Shown: in pieces, positions 29,906 through 39,788 of the stretch
How positions within the stretch are numbered: the stretch's first letter is position 1
How the letters are laid out: each line of letters opens with the position of its first letter
From: an uncultured Lactobacillus sp.
GTDB taxonomy: Bacteria > Bacillota > Bacilli > Lactobacillales > Lactobacillaceae
Reading direction: 5' to 3'
DNA: 64,000 nt
NCBI GenBank assembly: GCA_947568765.1
Contig: CANOQA010000003.1
Coordinates: 28,468 to 92,467 of the forward strand
Position numbers and translations under genes: made by a program
Notes under the pieces: model-generated
What the model saw: only the letters and a program-made list of their open reading frames with translations
What the model was told of the DNA's origin: nothing
Databases searched by the model: none

Positions 29906-30793
29906 ATGCTCTATCAACAAATAGCACGCAATAAGCGTAAAACAGCATTCTTGCTTGTTATTTTCCTTATCATTCTAGCTCTTGTTGGTGGTGGGTTAGG
30001 ATATCTAATTAATGGCGAACCTCTATCAGGAATTGCCATTGCACTTATTGGAAGTCTCATTTATCTTTTTATTGTTCTTCAAAACCCTGGAAACTTAGTT
30101 ATGAGCATGAATCACGGTCGAGAGATTCATGAAGAAGATGATCCCGAACTTTGGCATATTGTTGAAGATATGTCACTTGCTGGTCAAATTCCTATGCCTC
30201 GAGTTTTTATTATCAACGATCCCAGTCCTAATGCCTTTGCGACAGGACGCGATCCTAAGCACAGTTATGTTGCTGTAACAAGTGGATTAAGAGATAAATT
30301 AAATAGAAGTGAGTTAGAAGGCGTACTTGGCCATGAAATTTCGCATATTCGTAACTATGATATTTTAGTTTCAACAATTGGTGTAGCTTTAGCCGCAGTC
30401 ATTTCCTTCATTTCTAGCTTTGCTTCTAGAATTTGGTGGTGGACTGGGTCTGATCGTGATGATAAGGACTCAAGTCCACTCGAATCAATATTAAAAGTAG
30501 TAGCGATAATTTTCACTCTAATATTGGGTCCACTTGCTGCAGGTCTTGCCCAAATGGCTCTTTCTCGAAATCGAGAATACTTAGCCGATGCTGGTTCAGT
30601 TGAGCTTACTAGAAATCCCCAAGGTTTAATTTCTGCTCTAAAAAAGATTTCTAACAGTGAGCCAATGAAAGATCCAGATCCATCAAGTGCTGGGCTTTAC
30701 ATTGAAAATCCACTTCATAATCGTGGATTAAGTTCACTATTTGATACTCATCCCCCTACAGCTGATAGAATTAAAAGATTAGAAAATATGTAA
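29906..30793 (+). CDS. htpX: Zinc metalloprotease HtpX
   Basis: PNAFATG, HEISH, SRNREYLAD and THPP motifs. Confidence 0.96.
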   Translation: MLYQQIARNKRKTAFLLVIFLIILALVGGGLGYLINGEPLSGIAIALIGSLIYLFIVLQNPGNLVMSMNHGREIHEEDDPELWHIVEDMSLAGQIPMPRVFIINDPSPNAFATGRDPKHSYVAVTSGLRDKLNRSELEGVLGHEISHIRNYDILVSTIGVALAAVISFISSFASRIWWWTGSDRDDKDSSPLESILKVVAIIFTLILGPLAAGLAQMALSRNREYLADAGSVELTRNPQGLISALKKISNSEPMKDPDPSSAGLYIENPLHNRGLSSLFDTHPPTADRIKRLENM

Positions 30794-30833
30794 TAAAAAG
30801 GATGCACAGTTTTGTGCATCCTTTTTAATGTAT

Positions 30834-31763
30834 CTATTTCAAATTGATATGAGCTTCTCTAAATAATCTTTTTCTCATTTCCGCTGGCGTCATACCATAA
30901 TAATGCTTAAATTTCTTATAGAAAAATGACTTGCTGGAATAACCGATTGTTTCAATAATTTCTTTCAGCGACACATTGGGCTGAGCCAATAATCTTCTGG
31001 CTTCTCTCATTCTCCTCTCATCAACATGTTCAACAAAGCTTTTACCTGTCTTTTCTTTAACCATCGTTGAAAAATAATTACGATTAAAGCCAAAATACTC
31101 GGCTGCTTGGGCTAAACTGACGTTATTGTAGTGCTTATCAATATATTGATCTAAAGTTTCATCTTTAAATGCTTTTTCTTTTCTTTCACTGAATTTATAA
31201 TTCTGCTCACGTAAATTGCGTAAAATAATAATTTTAAATAATTCTAATGCAATTGCTCCACTAAAGTCAGCTTGATTGAAATAGTCCTGAATTACATTAT
31301 TTAAATTTTGACTACTCCACATCACAGAAGTAGTTGTAAATAAAAATATCCCTGTCTTTTCTAGCTCATCTAAAAATAAAGTGCTCAATCTTTGTTCATT
31401 ATTGGTATTTATAGCAATTTTACCTATTAAATTTTTCCACAAAAATTCATTAGTAAACTTAAATTTTACAATAATTGCTTGCTCATCTATAACTCGGATT
31501 GCATATTTTAAATTACCCTCGATTATTGCTATATTTCCACTATTTAAATTAAAATCATTGCTTTCATTCTTTAATTCGCAACTACCTGAAAAACAATAAA
31601 TTAATTGACTATTATTAGACTGGTATTCATAAAAGTCATTGTGCTGACTCTCTAAATAAAGATTATAGGGCAAAAATCTACTCTTACTGGAAGCCTCAAT
31701 TTCACTATTCTGAGCATTTTGCACTAAACTTGATAAATAACTTCTTAATGTAGGTGTCGCCAT
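30834..31763 (-). CDS. AraC family transcriptional regulator
   Basis: C-terminal double HTH (YFSTMVKEKTGKSF; IGYSSKSFFYKKFKHYYGMTP); N-terminal cupin. Confidence 0.92.
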   Translation of the reverse strand: MATPTLRSYLSSLVQNAQNSEIEASSKSRFLPYNLYLESQHNDFYEYQSNNSQLIYCFSGSCELKNESNDFNLNSGNIAIIEGNLKYAIRVIDEQAIIVKFKFTNEFLWKNLIGKIAINTNNEQRLSTLFLDELEKTGIFLFTTTSVMWSSQNLNNVIQDYFNQADFSGAIALELFKIIILRNLREQNYKFSERKEKAFKDETLDQYIDKHYNNVSLAQAAEYFGFNRNYFSTMVKEKTGKSFVEHVDERRMREARRLLAQPNVSLKEIIETIGYSSKSFFYKKFKHYYGMTPAEMRKRLFREAHINLK

Positions 31764-31861
31764 TACAATCAGTCCCCTTTAGTTTCACTCTCCTTTTAAT
31801 TATAACCTTTTTATTATTTCTCATTGCCATTTAGTTTCATTAAGCGTAAGCTAAACATATG

Positions 31862-31929
31862 TATTGGGGTGCCACCGGGCTGAGAATATACCCATTGAAC
31901 CTGTTTGATTAATATCAGCGTAGGGAATA
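31862..31929 (+). promoter_or_regulatory. TPP riboswitch
   Basis: GGGGTGC...GCTGAGA...ACCC..TGAACCTG...TAAT..CAGCGTAGGGAA; terminator AGTCACCTC-TTT-GAGGTGGCT-TTTT at about 31954-31980. Confidence 0.93.
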
Positions 31930-31998
31930 TGACTTATTTTTAGACTTTTATTTAGTCACCTCTTTGAGGTGGCTTTTTTTATTCTTGGAGGAATTAAA

Positions 31999-32562
31999 AT
32001 GAAGAAATTACATCTTCGAGATATCATCCTGATCGCTTTAATTGCTATTATTTTTGGTTTTATCTATCTAGCTAGTGATGGACTTTATAATGCTCTAACA
32101 GCCTTATTAACGCCAATCGGTTACGGGATGCTTGCAAATGATATTATGATGGGAATCTGGTGTATGGCAGGCCCATTAACTGGTTTTTTAGTACAAATTC
32201 CCGGGGCTGCATTTTTAGGAGAATTTCTAGGCTCTTGCGTTGAATTATTGGCTGGAGAACAATGGGGTGCTGTTAACTTACTATCTGGAGCTGTTCAAGG
32301 TCTAGGAAGTGAGTTAGGTTTCACATTTACTAGTTATCGTAAATATAATTGGTTTACCCTATTTCTCTCAGCAACAACAACTACCATTGTTACTTATATG
32401 TATGACTTCATTAAGAATGGCTACAGCTATTTTTCTACATTTAACATGATTTTATACTTTGTTGTTCGCTGGCTCTCAATGCTTTTATTTACATGTGTAT
32501 TAGTTAAATTAATAGTTGATCTTTTAGAAAAAGCTCATGTTATCCAAACAAATCAAAATTAA
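31999..32562 (+). CDS. ykoE: ECF transporter S component, YkoE-type (thiamine/HMP)
   Basis: GIWCMAGP, PGAAFLGE and QGLGSELGF motifs; downstream of the TPP riboswitch; GGAGG RBS. Confidence 0.9.
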   Translation: MKKLHLRDIILIALIAIIFGFIYLASDGLYNALTALLTPIGYGMLANDIMMGIWCMAGPLTGFLVQIPGAAFLGEFLGSCVELLAGEQWGAVNLLSGAVQGLGSELGFTFTSYRKYNWFTLFLSATTTTIVTYMYDFIKNGYSYFSTFNMILYFVVRWLSMLLFTCVLVKLIVDLLEKAHVIQTNQN

Positions 32563-33892
32563 CCATCTTTCCTTTCAATATCAAAATCACAAAATTTTTA
32601 ACGATTTAAATCTTACAGTTAATCAAGGTGAATTTATCTTATTGACTGGCAATAGCGGAAGTGGCAAATCCACTCTTTTAAAAATCATCGCAGAACTTGA
32701 ACCGAAATTTAGTGGCAAAATTATCGCAGGATCATTAACTCAACCTTTTTCTAATTGGGGAATGATCTTTCAAGATCCAAACCGTCAATTTACCATGGCT
32801 ACACCTAGAGAAGAATTAATTTTTACTCTAGAAAACAAATTAGTCGATCGTTCGACCGCTTTAAAACGTATTGACTATGCTAGTAAAAAAACCCATATTC
32901 AAGATTTACTAGATCGACCATTAACTGAGCTCTCAGGTGGTGAAAAGCAGCGTGTCGCTTTAAGCGTTCTAATTGCCATGGAAAGCGACTTACTATTACT
33001 AGATGAACCTTTTGCAAACTGTGATTCAAATAATCGAAAATTTCTTTTAGATTCTCTATCGTCGCTTCATCAAGAAGGAAAAACTATTTTGATTAGTGAT
33101 CATGATTTTTCTGGTTATAAAGAATTAAATCCGATAGTTATTGAAATCAAAGATCAAAATTTTATAGTAACTTCACTACCTTCTACTCTTCCTAAAATAG
33201 AAACTCATTTCTCTCTTCCAGATAAAAAACAGCAAAACAATTTATCCTATACTTTTAATTCATTTTCTCTGTCTTTTCCAAACAAAGGATTAATTACTTC
33301 TACCAATTTAGAACTTTACTCAGGAGCAGCCACTTTATTAACAGGTGAAAATGGAAGTGGCAAAACATCATTATTTAAAGCTTTAACAAAAGTAATTCCT
33401 TACCATGGCCATTTATTTTTTAGAGAAAAGGATGTCAAAAAATGGCGTAAACGTCCATACCTAGCAAAAGTTGGTCAAATTTTTCAAAATCCTGATGATC
33501 AATTTTTAAATGTTACTGTAGAAGAAGAACTCAACTTTAGCTTAAAGTACAATCAAAATCCGCTCCTTAATCGTTCTAAACTTACTTCACTCTTATCTAA
33601 ACTTAAATTAGACAATTTAGATAAGCAGGTAATCTACTCATTATCCGGTGGACAGAAAAGAAAACTACAAATTTTGGTGATGTTAATGGCCTATCCGGAG
33701 GTTTTACTACTTGATGAACCCTTTAGTGGTTTAGATCAAAAAAGCGTCTCAGACGTCATTTTTTTGCTTAAAAACTACTTTTTAAACACTGAACATACCT
33801 TAATTGTAATTAGTCATCAACTTAATCAAATTGATAAGCTCTGTGACTATCATTTAATCCTAAAAGATCAGAAACTTTTCTATACTAAATAA
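32537..33892 (+). CDS. ykoD: ECF transporter dual ATPase (YkoD-type)
   Basis: Two Walker A motifs (GNSGSGKS, GENGSGKT) and two LSGG signatures. Confidence 0.88.
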   Translation: MLSKQIKINHLSFQYQNHKIFNDLNLTVNQGEFILLTGNSGSGKSTLLKIIAELEPKFSGKIIAGSLTQPFSNWGMIFQDPNRQFTMATPREELIFTLENKLVDRSTALKRIDYASKKTHIQDLLDRPLTELSGGEKQRVALSVLIAMESDLLLLDEPFANCDSNNRKFLLDSLSSLHQEGKTILISDHDFSGYKELNPIVIEIKDQNFIVTSLPSTLPKIETHFSLPDKKQQNNLSYTFNSFSLSFPNKGLITSTNLELYSGAATLLTGENGSGKTSLFKALTKVIPYHGHLFFREKDVKKWRKRPYLAKVGQIFQNPDDQFLNVTVEEELNFSLKYNQNPLLNRSKLTSLLSKLKLDNLDKQVIYSLSGGQKRKLQILVMLMAYPEVLLLDEPFSGLDQKSVSDVIFLLKNYFLNTEHTLIVISHQLNQIDKLCDYHLILKDQKLFYTK

Positions 33893-33904
33893 AAGGTAAT
33901 TAAA

Positions 33905-34558
33905 ATGAATCCTGGACTAAAATTATTCTTAATTCTAACTATTTCATTTGAAATATCTCTTATCCCAAATTTAACTACTAATCTTATTATTATCAGTATT
34001 TGCTTAATTTACCTTCTATTCAAAAGTATTAGCCTTAAAAAGATACTACTACTTTTGATAATTCCTTTGTTTGCGGCAACTGTAGTATTCATTACAATTT
34101 ATTACTTCACACCAAACCATAATCTCTACCACGCAACTATCTTATTTACTCGTATTTACGCCTATGTATTCCTAGGCGCAGTATTTACCGAAACAACTAG
34201 TATTCTTTCTCTGGCTCGCTCTTTAGAACAAAATTTTAAATTACCAAGCAAATTTGCCTATGGTACCTTAGCTGCATTCAATGTTATTCCCAAAATCCAC
34301 ACTGAAGTTAATCGTATTCGTTTAGTCGGAGATATGCGACATTATCACCTATCTTTTTATTCGCCAACTTTATACTTTAAAGCGATTTTAGCCGCTATTT
34401 CGTGGTCAAATAGTTTAGCCCAAGGAATGATTTCACATGGTTATCAAGAAGATAAACCTAGAAGTGTAATTGTTCCGGTTGCTCTAACAAAAAAAGATTG
34501 GCTTATTTTTAGTAGTATTTTATTGCTACTTCAGCCAATCTTACTTCTAACTAAATAA
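33905..34558 (+). CDS. ykoC: ECF transporter T component (YkoC-type)
   Basis: Polytopic; LARSLEQNFKLPSKFAYG motif; operon position. Confidence 0.85.
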   Translation: MNPGLKLFLILTISFEISLIPNLTTNLIIISICLIYLLFKSISLKKILLLLIIPLFAATVVFITIYYFTPNHNLYHATILFTRIYAYVFLGAVFTETTSILSLARSLEQNFKLPSKFAYGTLAAFNVIPKIHTEVNRIRLVGDMRHYHLSFYSPTLYFKAILAAISWSNSLAQGMISHGYQEDKPRSVIVPVALTKKDWLIFSSILLLLQPILLLTK

Positions 34559-35038
34559 TTATTTATGGTATGGACTACCACTATTAATCATAAAAGCACG
34601 GTAAATTTGTTCAATTAAAACTAAACGCATTAATTGATGCGGCATTGTAAACTTACCAAAACTGATCAAATCATCAGCCCGTTTATTTACTGCATCGCTC
34701 GTCCCTAAACTTCCACCAATAACGAAAGTAATATCAGAATGACCGTATGTAGTTAATTGAGATATTTCTTTAGCAAATTCCTCACTAGTTCTTTCTTTGC
34801 CTTTTATAGCCGTTACATATACATATTCTTTATCTTTTATTTTATCTAAAATTCTTCTACCCTCGATTTCCTTTACCTGCTCCATTTCAGCAGGACTAAG
34901 TTTTTCGGGGGCTTTTTCGTCTGGTACTTGGACTATTTTTACTTTTGCAAAACGTCCCATTCTCTTCACATATTCGGCAATGCCATCCTTAAAATATTTT
35001 TCTTTTAACTTGCCTACACACACAATTTTTATATTCAT
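34559..35038 (-). CDS. rlmH: 23S rRNA pseudouridine(1915)-N3 methyltransferase
   Basis: [31 protein letters not shown] and PYHK motifs. Confidence 0.98.
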   Translation of the reverse strand: MNIKIVCVGKLKEKYFKDGIAEYVKRMGRFAKVKIVQVPDEKAPEKLSPAEMEQVKEIEGRRILDKIKDKEYVYVTAIKGKERTSEEFAKEISQLTTYGHSDITFVIGGSLGTSDAVNKRADDLISFGKFTMPHQLMRLVLIEQIYRAFMINSGSPYHK

Positions 35039-35096
35039 TGTAACTTATCTTACCTTTCATGCATCTAGTGCTTTATTCTATCCCCTAATTGACATA

Positions 35097-35408
35097 GCGT
35101 CCACACCACTTTTCCCCTACTTGTGGATTATTAAAAACTACATTTAGTAGTTCTTAGATCTAAGACTCAACAAGTTGTGGTTTATAAAAAAGTGGATAAC
35201 TTTTTTGATAAATTTATTCCACATTTTTTTAGATCTTATCAATTTTCCAAACTTTTGTCTCTATTCCTTATATAATCAGCTTGAACAGTCGTTCAATATC
35301 AATAAAATTACAATTTTATTTACACACAATTCACAGTTTTTCCACATCATTTACTTTATTTTATCTTGACTTATGCACAATCCACAGAGTTTTCCACAGT
35401 TTCCCACA
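35097..35408. promoter_or_regulatory. DnaA-box cluster
   Basis: Exact TTWTNCACA matches at 35338, 35371 and 35390; 1-2 mismatch boxes at 35122(-), 35176(-), 35191(-), 35215, 35320, 35327, 35378 and 35400. Confidence 0.85.
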
Positions 35409-35552
35409 ACTTATTTAATTTATTACGTTTCTTGACATGAAATAAACCCGAACTTTATCAAGTTTCACACTTTAAATATTAAGAAAAAGCTATGATTACC
35501 GCTTACAAAACGCATAATCATAGCTTTTTTATCTCTATTTAATAATATTCAA

Positions 35553-36761
35553 TTAATTCAAGGTAACTTTGATATCCTGTGATTTACCATCTCTAATTAC
35601 CTGAAGAGTTACTGTATCGCCGACTTTATGTGTATAAAGAGCAGTATGTAGTGAAACAACACTATCAACATCTTTACCATCGAGCTTAGTAATCACATCA
35701 CGAGCCTTTACACCAGCTTTAGCTGCACTACCATTCTTGGTAACACTAGCTACATACACACCTGATTTAACGCTATCAGGTAAGCCTAATTTCTTACGTC
35801 CATATTCTGTTAACTCGTCAACAGATACAATTCTAACTCCTAATTTCGGACGATTAATCTTGCCATTCTTAACTAATTGATTAATGATTGAAACTACTTC
35901 ATCACTTGGGATAGCAAAGCCCATTCCTTCAACAGCAGTTCCGTCACTAGAAGAAGAAAGCTTCATGGAGTTAATTCCGATTACTTGACCAGACATATTA
36001 ACTAGTGGTCCACCGGAGTTACCTGGATTAATAGCTGCATCAGTTTGAATTACTGTAGCTTGGTTAGTAACTTGACCAGCAGAATTAGTTACATCTATAG
36101 TCCTGTTTTTAGCAGAAATAATACCTTGAGTTACACTAGTTGCATACTCACTTCCAAGAGGTGAACCTACTGCAATAACTTGTTGACCTGGTTCCAAATT
36201 CTTGGATGAACCAAATTGAGCTGTTTGGGTTACATATTTTCCATCAATAGTCAAAACAGCTAGGTCAGTTTCGGCGTCACTTCCAACTTTTTTAGCTGTC
36301 ACTTTTTTACCATCACTCAAAATAACTTGAATTTCATCACTACCTGAAACCACGTGGTTATTAGTTACAATGTAACCTTTACCATTTGATTTCATATAAA
36401 TTACTCCAGAACCCTCACTGTAAGTTTCTAAATCAGATTTAGAATTCTTTTTTGAAGAACTTGAACTATCAGAACCAAAAATCCCAAAAGGATCACTACT
36501 TGCAGATGAACTTTGTCTCTTTAAGTTAACTACAGAAACAACTGAGTTTTTTACTGTATTAAAGGCATTAGTCATTTGATTACTATTTTTACTGTTAGAC
36601 TTTTCAACCTTAGCAGTAGGCGCAACGCTAGTTTGTGGAGCATTTTGACCATTAACTTGGGATAATCCAGCATATGCTACTCCGCCTCCAAGTAATCCGG
36701 CAACTACTCCAACAATACCAGTTTTAATTAAAGTATTATGCTTAGTATTATTCTCTGCCAT
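35553..36761 (-). CDS. htrA: Serine protease HtrA
   Basis: TNNHVV, DLAV, AAINPGNSGGPL motifs; C-terminal PDZ domain. Confidence 0.97.
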   Translation of the reverse strand: MAENNTKHNTLIKTGIVGVVAGLLGGGVAYAGLSQVNGQNAPQTSVAPTAKVEKSNSKNSNQMTNAFNTVKNSVVSVVNLKRQSSSASSDPFGIFGSDSSSSSKKNSKSDLETYSEGSGVIYMKSNGKGYIVTNNHVVSGSDEIQVILSDGKKVTAKKVGSDAETDLAVLTIDGKYVTQTAQFGSSKNLEPGQQVIAVGSPLGSEYATSVTQGIISAKNRTIDVTNSAGQVTNQATVIQTDAAINPGNSGGPLVNMSGQVIGINSMKLSSSSDGTAVEGMGFAIPSDEVVSIINQLVKNGKINRPKLGVRIVSVDELTEYGRKKLGLPDSVKSGVYVASVTKNGSAAKAGVKARDVITKLDGKDVDSVVSLHTALYTHKVGDTVTLQVIRDGKSQDIKVTLN

Positions 36762-36844
36762 AAAAATTCTCCTTTTCTATTCACTCTAGCCTAATCACAA
36801 AGTTTGAATTTTTTATGAATTCAAGTCAAATTATTTGCTAAATA

Positions 36845-37642
36845 TTATATTTCTGTGAGTGTTCCGGCTTGTAATGGATTAGTATCAATAATTTTAACAT
36901 CTGCTGGTAAATTTGCATCCCCTGCTACTAATAAATCTTTTGCAGTTTCATGTGCCAAATATTGTGTATTATTATGCTGACTACGATGTGCTAAAAAAAT
37001 GTTTTTAGTCTTAGGAGAAACAACATCTAATAATGTATCTGCAGCTTGATCATTTGAAAGGTGTCCTACATCTGACATGATCCGATGTTTTAAAGCCCAA
37101 GAATATGGACCATTTCTAAGCATCATATCATCATAGTTAAACTCCATTAAATAGCCATCTGCGTCTTTAATTTCTCCTTTAACTGTACTTGACACGTACC
37201 CTGTGTCTGTTAAACAAGCAAAGCGTTTACCACTACTTGTAAAAACATAATACTGAGGTTCAGCAGCATCATGACTAGTCGCAAAACTAGTTACATCTAA
37301 ATCACCAAAAGTCTTAGTCACACCAGATTCAAACGTATTTATTTGTTCTACTGGTAATTTACCAATCTTATTACTTTCAATTAAATAGTCCCAAGTGCCC
37401 GAATTAGCATACGCAGATATTTGTGGATAGCGTCTCATTAAAACGCCTAAGCCACCTGAATGATCGGTATGATCGTGGCTAATAAATACCATATCAATAT
37501 CTTTAATATCAACGCCTACCTGAGATAATAAATCCTTCGTCTTTTTTCCAGATAAACCTGCATCCATCAAGATCTTATGCTGAGAAGTTTCTATTAACGT
37601 TGAGTTACCTGTTGAACCACTCGATAAAACTGATACCTTCAA
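36845..37642 (-). CDS. walJ: MBL-fold hydrolase WalJ/YycJ
   Basis: SGSTGNS, HDHTDH and GHLSN motifs; operon position. Confidence 0.94.
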   Translation of the reverse strand: MKVSVLSSGSTGNSTLIETSQHKILMDAGLSGKKTKDLLSQVGVDIKDIDMVFISHDHTDHSGGLGVLMRRYPQISAYANSGTWDYLIESNKIGKLPVEQINTFESGVTKTFGDLDVTSFATSHDAAEPQYYVFTSSGKRFACLTDTGYVSSTVKGEIKDADGYLMEFNYDDMMLRNGPYSWALKHRIMSDVGHLSNDQAADTLLDVVSPKTKNIFLAHRSQHNNTQYLAHETAKDLLVAGDANLPADVKIIDTNPLQAGTLTEI

Positions 37643-37648
37643 ATTAAT

Positions 37649-38470
37649 TTATCCATTCGCATCATCATCAGTTATATTATTTTGAATAATTGTACCCGTA
37701 AATGCATTTACACGTTTTAAAGTTACTGTTTTTGAATTATTATTCTCAATGGCTGCTACCCAAGTTGGAATATATATCGAACTTCCTCGAACTGTTATTA
37801 ACCTGGTATAGACCTGCTTTAACCAAATAATTTTTGAGTTATTTGGTAATTCACTATATGTATATAAAGAATTAACAGCAGCTTTAGAACTAATTGTATT
37901 CTGTCGTTCACGCACTGGACTCAAATCATTAACATAGCGCTGTGAGTAAGAAACAATCTGATTATTTTTTACAATAATATGAAGGCGGGCAGTATTGGAA
38001 AAGACTTCACCATATTTAGTATTTTGGCTAAAGACATAGTCATCTTCTTCAGACAATTCAGGAATATAAACATAGTCCTTACCTTGATAGACATTTTGAC
38101 TATTATTTTTAAATCTAATAACTTCTTTTAACGCTTCTTTTTGTTTCTTAGATATGGTAACTGGTTTGTTTAAATTAACAGAAATACTATTGTCACTAGC
38201 ATTAGTTTCAACTTGCTCATTTATTTGCGCTGCTGCTTTTTTTGACCACGAGTTATCAACTTTAGCAGCTAAATAGTAACCGTCTCCTTGCTTATCATTA
38301 ACTTTGGGAATGGTAATTTGATCTGCGCTAGTTTCACTCTTGATATCAGTTTGAGTGGGCGTCGAATGAGCAGACAATAGCGTTGGCGTTTGCCACAATT
38401 CAATGACTAAAAAGATATTAATGCCAATAAATACCACTAAAAATATCCATTCTATTCTTTTAAAGTCCAT
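37649..38470 (-). CDS. walI: Two-component system regulator YycI/WalI
   Basis: MDFKRIEWIFLVVF N-terminus; VNAFTG motif; operon position. Confidence 0.9.
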   Translation of the reverse strand: MDFKRIEWIFLVVFIGINIFLVIELWQTPTLLSAHSTPTQTDIKSETSADQITIPKVNDKQGDGYYLAAKVDNSWSKKAAAQINEQVETNASDNSISVNLNKPVTISKKQKEALKEVIRFKNNSQNVYQGKDYVYIPELSEEDDYVFSQNTKYGEVFSNTARLHIIVKNNQIVSYSQRYVNDLSPVRERQNTISSKAAVNSLYTYSELPNNSKIIWLKQVYTRLITVRGSSIYIPTWVAAIENNNSKTVTLKRVNAFTGTIIQNNITDDDANG

Positions 38471-39788
38471 CTACTAGTCCCTCCTTTCTTGAATTTTCTA
38501 TTTGATTATTAGTATTAAGCCATTCATCTAAGGTCTTCCATTGCTTATTGATTTTCACATAGTAAGCTGGCTCTAAGTCTACTAATTTTTTATTTTTGCT
38601 ATTAGCAGATTTAGCGGTATATCCGATAATAATACGTTCAATATCTTTACGATGATATCCTTTTTGATATAACTGATCCATTGCTTCACTAGTTGGAATC
38701 AGGGTCTTTTTATCTCCATTAGTTGGAATTGGGATCTGTAAATCTAAGCTATTAAAGTTAATTGTCATTCCATTAGATGCAAATTTCACCTGTGCTTGCA
38801 TCTTATATTTTCCAGGTAAAAAGATTGGATATTCTTCAACATAGTTTTGATAAATGACTGTATTATCATCTGCATCGAAGAATCTTAAATCTGGTTCCGT
38901 CAGTCCAATTTTTCGTACAAAATATAAGCTATCATTTAGTTTTCTACTAATAGTCTTAGGAACCTTGTCTTGTTGATAATCTATATATTCATAATTATGA
39001 GTATGCTTAGCGGCTATTAAACGTTCATATACACCATTAGAATATGTAATCGTATCACCACTATTATGTTGACTAGGATTATTAGAACCTAGCAAGCGAT
39101 AGACAAAATATGAATCTGATTCTTCATTAGTTAAATAACTATAAACTGGTAGGCTAGAATTTTTGTCATAAAATGGCAAATAATCATCATGAACTTTTTC
39201 AAGTGTGACCGGCATTTGAGTCCGAGCAGTTTGAATATGATCAACTAAGTTCTTAAATGAGACATCGCTTAGGCGAACTCGATAAACTGTGTAATTTTCA
39301 TCATTACCTAAGTATATATATTGACTTGACTTTGTAGGAACAAAGAAACGATTAAATTCTCGACTGTCGTTTTTTCTTACATTAGTCAAAAACAATGAAA
39401 TAGTTATCTGATCTGGATAAGTTAATTGAACATAATCCGAATTCCTTAGCAGTTTTTCATATTTAGTTTGGCTAGACCATACTCTAATTGGCAAAAGCGG
39501 TTTTACTGATTGAGTCAACTTAGAAAATTCTAAAGGGAGATTATTCTTAGTATCATAAACTTGATACATCTGCTTATTTTTAAAATAAAAAGTTTGTGTA
39601 GGAAGATAAATATCTCTTAAAGAACGCTGTCCTAAGTCCTTTGTTTGAGTTTGATTAGATGTCCCCTCAATTCTAGAAAACCGAGCATCAGATCCCCAAA
39701 TAATCGCTGATAGAGCAATTGATAATGCTACCATCACAATTAAGCTAACTCGTAATCCAACTCTAGAAAACTTATCTTTAAACCTCAT
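38460..39788 (-). CDS. walH: Two-component system regulator YycH/WalH
   Basis: Single N-terminal TM helix with large extracellular domain; lies between walK and walI; start set at MRFKDK. Confidence 0.88.
   Translation of the reverse strand: MRFKDKFSRVGLRVSLIVMVALSIALSAIIWGSDARFSRIEGTSNQTQTKDLGQRSLRDIYLPTQTFYFKNKQMYQVYDTKNNLPLEFSKLTQSVKPLLPIRVWSSQTKYEKLLRNSDYVQLTYPDQITISLFLTNVRKNDSREFNRFFVPTKSSQYIYLGNDENYTVYRVRLSDVSFKNLVDHIQTARTQMPVTLEKVHDDYLPFYDKNSSLPVYSYLTNEESDSYFVYRLLGSNNPSQHNSGDTITYSNGVYERLIAAKHTHNYEYIDYQQDKVPKTISRKLNDSLYFVRKIGLTEPDLRFFDADDNTVIYQNYVEEYPIFLPGKYKMQAQVKFASNGMTINFNSLDLQIPIPTNGDKKTLIPTSEAMDQLYQKGYHRKDIERIIIGYTAKSANSKNKKLVDLEPAYYVKINKQWKTLDEWLNTNNQIENSRKEGLVDGL

Noticed and set aside
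34797-35369. ORFs 34797..35147 and 35175..35369
   Set aside because: Antisense to rlmH or lying across the DnaA-box cluster; low-complexity translations.
35097-35408. Possible oriC or CRISPR/iteron array
   Set aside because: No dnaA/dnaN or rep gene adjacent; repeats are 9-mers with irregular spacing, not repeat-spacer units.
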